From: Nannocystales bacterium
GTDB lineage: Bacteria; Myxococcota_A; Polyangia; Nannocystales; Nannocystaceae
Direction: 5' to 3'
Length of the DNA stretch: 60,392 bases
NCBI GenBank assembly: GCA_050633305.1
Contig: JBOEGF010000014.1
Coordinates: 271,042 to 331,433, forward strand
Shown: one piece after another, positions 56,946-60,392 of the stretch
Numbering within the stretch: position 1 is the stretch's first letter
How the letters are laid out: each line of letters begins with the position of its first letter
Translations under genes and position numbers: made by a program
The notes under the pieces: generated by a model
What the model was told of the DNA's origin: nothing
What the model saw: only the letters and a program-made list of their open reading frames with translations
The model's database searches: none

Positions 56946-57425
56946 ATGTCGACCAAGAATCCTGCAGAAATCGCGATCGAGAGCAGCTACGCCAGCTACC
57001 GCCGGTACGGGATCCTGATGGTCGTCGTAGGTCTATCGGGGGGCTTGCTGTTGCTGTTCCTCGCGTCGCGGCACGGGATCGATGTCTCCAACGACTGGCC
57101 GCAAGCCCTCGGCGGGCTAGGAGGTCTGGCAGTGGCGGCATTCGGCCTCTCGTGGCTCGTCCCCGCATTGCCCGAGACGCTCCGTCGTCACCCGGAGGCC
57201 GTCAGACAAGCGTGGGTCCACAAGAGCCTCCCGACCGGTGAGTTCTTCGTCTACCTCGTGTTGCCTCGGCGGAAGTACAAGCTGAGCGTGGCCAACGAGG
57301 GGCAAGCCAGTCAGGTCCTGGCCTACCTGAAGAAGCGCTGCAAGAAGGCCTCTTTCGAGGTCCCCGCGCACGCGAAGGTCCGCAGCGTCGCGGCCCGAAG
57401 CCGCCACGACAACCTCGACGGCTGA
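56946..57425 (+). CDS. Hypothetical two-TM membrane protein
   Basis: AGGAAAGG upstream of ATG 56946. Two hydrophobic helices and a basic C-terminal domain. Confidence 0.65.
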   Translation: MSTKNPAEIAIESSYASYRRYGILMVVVGLSGGLLLLFLASRHGIDVSNDWPQALGGLGGLAVAAFGLSWLVPALPETLRRHPEAVRQAWVHKSLPTGEFFVYLVLPRRKYKLSVANEGQASQVLAYLKKRCKKASFEVPAHAKVRSVAARSRHDNLDG

Positions 57426-57528
57426 GCAACGCCGCTCGTTTCGGCCCCTCTGGCCGTTGGATGTCCAACTGGATGGGCCCGGGGCGGCGGCGTTTCGGCT
57501 CGACCGCACCGGGCTCCACAACGGGTTG

Positions 57529-58095
57529 TTAGACGGCCTTCATCGCTTCGATGGTGGCATCGCAGGCTTCTTTGCAAGCCTTGCAGGTGTCGTGGTGACC
57601 GACGTGCGGCGTGCAGGCCTTGGAGCAGTCGGTGCAGCCATCGATGCAGAGCTTGGCGATGGCCTTGAGGTGCTTCGAGTTGTTTGCGGCGAGTGACTCG
57701 CTGGCGCGGCAGATGGCCAGCATGTCGTTGACCGCCTTGGCGCAGTCGCCCATCGACTTGTCGCCGGTGCTGAGCAGGCGGATGCAGTGCGACAGGCACG
57801 CCTGTCCAGCCGCGATGCAATCGGCAAGCGTATTCACCAGTGCCATGTCGCCGGCTTCTCCGGCGGCGGCGGCGTCCTGTCCTTTGTGGCCTTCGTGACC
57901 CTCGTGGCCTTCGTGCTCGTCCATCTTGCTGTCCTTCTTCTCGTCGGCCTTGGCGTCGGCTTTTGCGTCCGCCTTTTTGGGTTCGGCTTTCTTGGGTTCG
58001 ACCGGGTCGGCGGCGCAGGCGACGACCGAAGCCGTGGCTTGGGCCGCAAGCGCGCCCGCACCCGCGAGCAGTAGTTCTCGTCGATGAAGTCGCAT
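57529..58095 (-). CDS. csp1: Tat-exported four-helix-bundle copper storage protein (Csp1-like)
   Basis: RRELLL Tat motif, repeated CxxxC/CxxC (CIAAGQACLSHC, CIDGCTDCSKAC, CKACKEAC), and an HEG-repeat linker. Confidence 0.9.
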   Translation of the reverse strand: MRLHRRELLLAGAGALAAQATASVVACAADPVEPKKAEPKKADAKADAKADEKKDSKMDEHEGHEGHEGHKGQDAAAAGEAGDMALVNTLADCIAAGQACLSHCIRLLSTGDKSMGDCAKAVNDMLAICRASESLAANNSKHLKAIAKLCIDGCTDCSKACTPHVGHHDTCKACKEACDATIEAMKAV

Positions 58096-58102
58096 CGGGG
58101 GC

Positions 58103-58588
58103 CTATCCGAGGTTGGTGAGGCAGGCCGAAGCGCCGCTCACGGTGACGCCCTTGCCCTCTTCGACGTCGAGCGATTTCACCACGCCGTCTTCCACGGTCA
58201 TGCTGAAACGCTTGCCGCGAACGCCGAGGCCGGCGCCGGAAATGTCCTGGTCGAGGCCCATGGCCTTGGTGAAGTTGCCGTCCCAATCGGGAAGCATGCT
58301 CACCTTGCCGTCGGCGCCTTGTTGGTCACTCCAGGCCTTCATCACGAAGGGATCGTTGACCGAGAGGCAAGCGATCTCGTCGACGCCTTTGCTCTTGATG
58401 TCGGCAGCGTTGTTGACGAAGCCGGGGAGGTGCTCCATCGAGCAGGTGGGAGTGAATGCGCCGGGCACGGAGAAGAGCACGACCTTGCGGGCCTTGAAGA
58501 ACTCGCCGGTGTCGACGTCTTCGAGGCCTTCGGCACCAAGGCGCTTGAGTTTCACTGCGGGGACGGTGTCGCCAACGTTGATCGTCAT
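58103..58588 (-). CDS. Peroxiredoxin (Prx5-like)
   Basis: VPGAFTPTCS..HLPGF, SVNDPFVM..W, DGNFTKAMG. Confidence 0.95.
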   Translation of the reverse strand: MTINVGDTVPAVKLKRLGAEGLEDVDTGEFFKARKVVLFSVPGAFTPTCSMEHLPGFVNNAADIKSKGVDEIACLSVNDPFVMKAWSDQQGADGKVSMLPDWDGNFTKAMGLDQDISGAGLGVRGKRFSMTVEDGVVKSLDVEEGKGVTVSGASACLTNLG

Positions 58589-58781
58589 CGTTCGTATCCT
58601 GGGCGCGCAAGCGCCGGCGCCACGCTAACCGCAGCCGGTCCCCCCCACAACGCGTGCCCGCAAAAAAGCACTCAGACGGCCTGCCAAACGGGGGATCGGC
58701 CGCAGGCCCTTGTCCGGACCCGGACGAGTGAGGCTCCCGATGGAGTCCGTTGTCGTTTCGTGATAGGCAGGAAGGACGGCG

Positions 58782-59942
58782 ATGACCGATACCGAGGCGC
58801 CAACGTCGGGCCCTTCGCGGGGTGCGGCCCTGATCGACAACACCTCGCCAGACGAGATCCCGCGAGCGGCGTCGAGGCCGTCGCGGGTCAAGTCGTTGCG
58901 CCATTCGATGGCCGACATGTTGGTCGGGACGGTGTTGGCCGATCGGTACCGTCTGCAGAAGCGCATCGGCGAGGGCGCGATGGGATGGGTGTTCTTGGCG
59001 GAGCACCTGGAGATCGGGAAGAAGGTTGCGGTCAAGGTTCTTCGCCCGTCGCTGTGCAAGCTCCCCGAAGCCGTCCGCAGATTCCGTCGCGAGGCACGGT
59101 CGGCATCTCAGATCGGGAGCCGCCACATCGTCGATGTCACGGACTTCGGCACGACACCCAACGGCGCCGCGTTCTACGTCATGGAGTACCTCCACGACGG
59201 GGAAGACCTTGCGGCGCTGATCAAGCGCGACGGCAAGGTGCCGTGGATGCGCGTGGTCAACATGCTCAAGCAGCTGTGTGTGGCGCTTCAGGCTGCCCAC
59301 GACGACGGGATCATCCACCGCGATGTCAAGCCTGCGAACTTCTACCGAATGGAGTTCGAGGGCAACCCGGACTTCATCAAGGTGCTGGACTTCGGCATTG
59401 CGCGGCTGAGCAGCCCCAAAGACAGCATTATCACGGCGACGGGCGTCATCATGGGAACGCCCGACTTCATGGCGCCCGAGCAGGCGCAGGGCAAGCACGT
59501 CGATGCGCGCGCAGACATCTACTCGCTCGGCGCCTGCGCATACTCGTTGCTCACTGGGCGGCCTCCGTTTGTTGGCGCCAACGAGTACGACGTCATCTAC
59601 AAGCAGCTGAACGAAGACCCTGACCCTCCTGGACAGGTCTTCCCGGCGGGCGGGATCCCGGCCTGGCTTGATGATGCGGTGCTGCACGCGATGCGAAAGG
59701 ATCCCGAGGATCGCTTTCAGTCGATGAAAGAATTCCTCGCCGCGCTCGAGGACGCGGGCAGCCAGGCGCTTGCGACCGGGCGAAACGAAGCCGCCGCTGA
59801 GCAAGCTCCGACCAAGCGCGCGAAGCCTCGGCTTCCTTCCAAGCGACCGATGCCGATCAACCCGTTGCTGCTCGTGGCGGCTGCCGCGGGCTGCACGGTG
59901 GTCGGCGCGGTCGGCTACTACATGCTGTTCTACGTCGGTTGA
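58782..59942 (+). CDS. Ser/Thr protein kinase with C-terminal membrane anchor
   Basis: IGEGAMG, VAVK, HRDVKPAN, DFG, APE and DIYSLG are all intact. C-terminal TM. Confidence 0.95.
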   Translation: MTDTEAPTSGPSRGAALIDNTSPDEIPRAASRPSRVKSLRHSMADMLVGTVLADRYRLQKRIGEGAMGWVFLAEHLEIGKKVAVKVLRPSLCKLPEAVRRFRREARSASQIGSRHIVDVTDFGTTPNGAAFYVMEYLHDGEDLAALIKRDGKVPWMRVVNMLKQLCVALQAAHDDGIIHRDVKPANFYRMEFEGNPDFIKVLDFGIARLSSPKDSIITATGVIMGTPDFMAPEQAQGKHVDARADIYSLGACAYSLLTGRPPFVGANEYDVIYKQLNEDPDPPGQVFPAGGIPAWLDDAVLHAMRKDPEDRFQSMKEFLAALEDAGSQALATGRNEAAAEQAPTKRAKPRLPSKRPMPINPLLLVAAAAGCTVVGAVGYYMLFYVG

Positions 59943-60120
59943 GTCCGACCTCGCGCACCTCATGCTTGGTTTGACCAGGCGCGCGCAAAACACGCTTGCA
60001 GGGCCAGGTACGTGCCGTGCCGGGTGGATCCCCCCTGTGTGCACGGCCTGCTAGGTGGGGGTAACGCACCGTTCTCCCCGGTTTGCTGAATCTGGGAGCC
60101 GGGGGGCCCGTCGGATGAGC

Positions 60121-60392
60121 ATGTACCGCCAGATGACGACGCTCGGGTTCATCCTGCTGGCCGCCGCCACCTCGGCCGGCTGCAGCTTCCACCTCGGCAG
60201 CGCCAACAGTGCGCCTCAGCCCGCGTACTACAGCTACCAAAACGGCTACGCGAAGGCGCCCCGCGAGGCCCAGGCTCAGCCCGCTCGGGCCAGCCGTACC
60301 CCTGCGAGCAAGCCCCCGCGTGGTGACGCTCCCAGGCCTGCCGCGACGACACCTTCGCGTGCCAACCCCGAGGTCTCGAAGCCGAAGCGTGC
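60121..60392 (+). CDS. Lipoprotein, N-terminal part (runs off the window)
   Basis: MYRQMTTLGFILLAAATSAGC lipobox followed by a Pro/Ala-rich open frame to the window end. Confidence 0.65.
   Translation, partial: MYRQMTTLGFILLAAATSAGCSFHLGSANSAPQPAYYSYQNGYAKAPREAQAQPARASRTPASKPPRGDAPRPAATTPSRANPEVSKPKR

Overview
GC-rich window that looks like Myxococcota, judged from two MYXO-CTERM sorting signals, many Cys-rich lipoproteins, several ECF sigma factors, Ser/Thr kinases and a CHAT protein. It holds about 50 CDSs, mostly accessory, and several deletion-scarred gene remnants. I found no rRNA, canonical tRNA or CRISPR array. Three things stand out. (1) At 40.9-48.7 kb is a divergently arranged RiPP-like cluster. 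It has a C39-peptidase ABC exporter, two membrane-fusion proteins, a 2OG-Fe(II) oxygenase and a 62-aa double-glycine-leader precursor with a twice-repeated TK-x4-RTE-x-(C)GC core. Its two putative maturases belong to no standard RiPP class that I recognise: an HDxxH...E zincin-like protein and a SelO/YdiU pseudokinase-fold protein. (2) At 8396-8773 is a probable unannotated selenoprotein: an in-frame TGA followed by a bacterial SECIS-like hairpin and 52 more sense codons. (3) At about 7795-7987 (minus strand) is a circularly permuted tRNA mimic resembling a YrlA Y RNA, upstream of an SPFH/slipin gene. Also notable are a subtilase plus HExxH dual-protease effector candidate behind a LysM/PG-binding gene, an ECF/anti-sigma/lipoprotein-CHAT/subtilase module, and a trypsin whose C-terminal domain recurs as a stand-alone neighbouring gene. 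All family assignments are by-eye motif recognition. No database searches were run, and start codons are best guesses.
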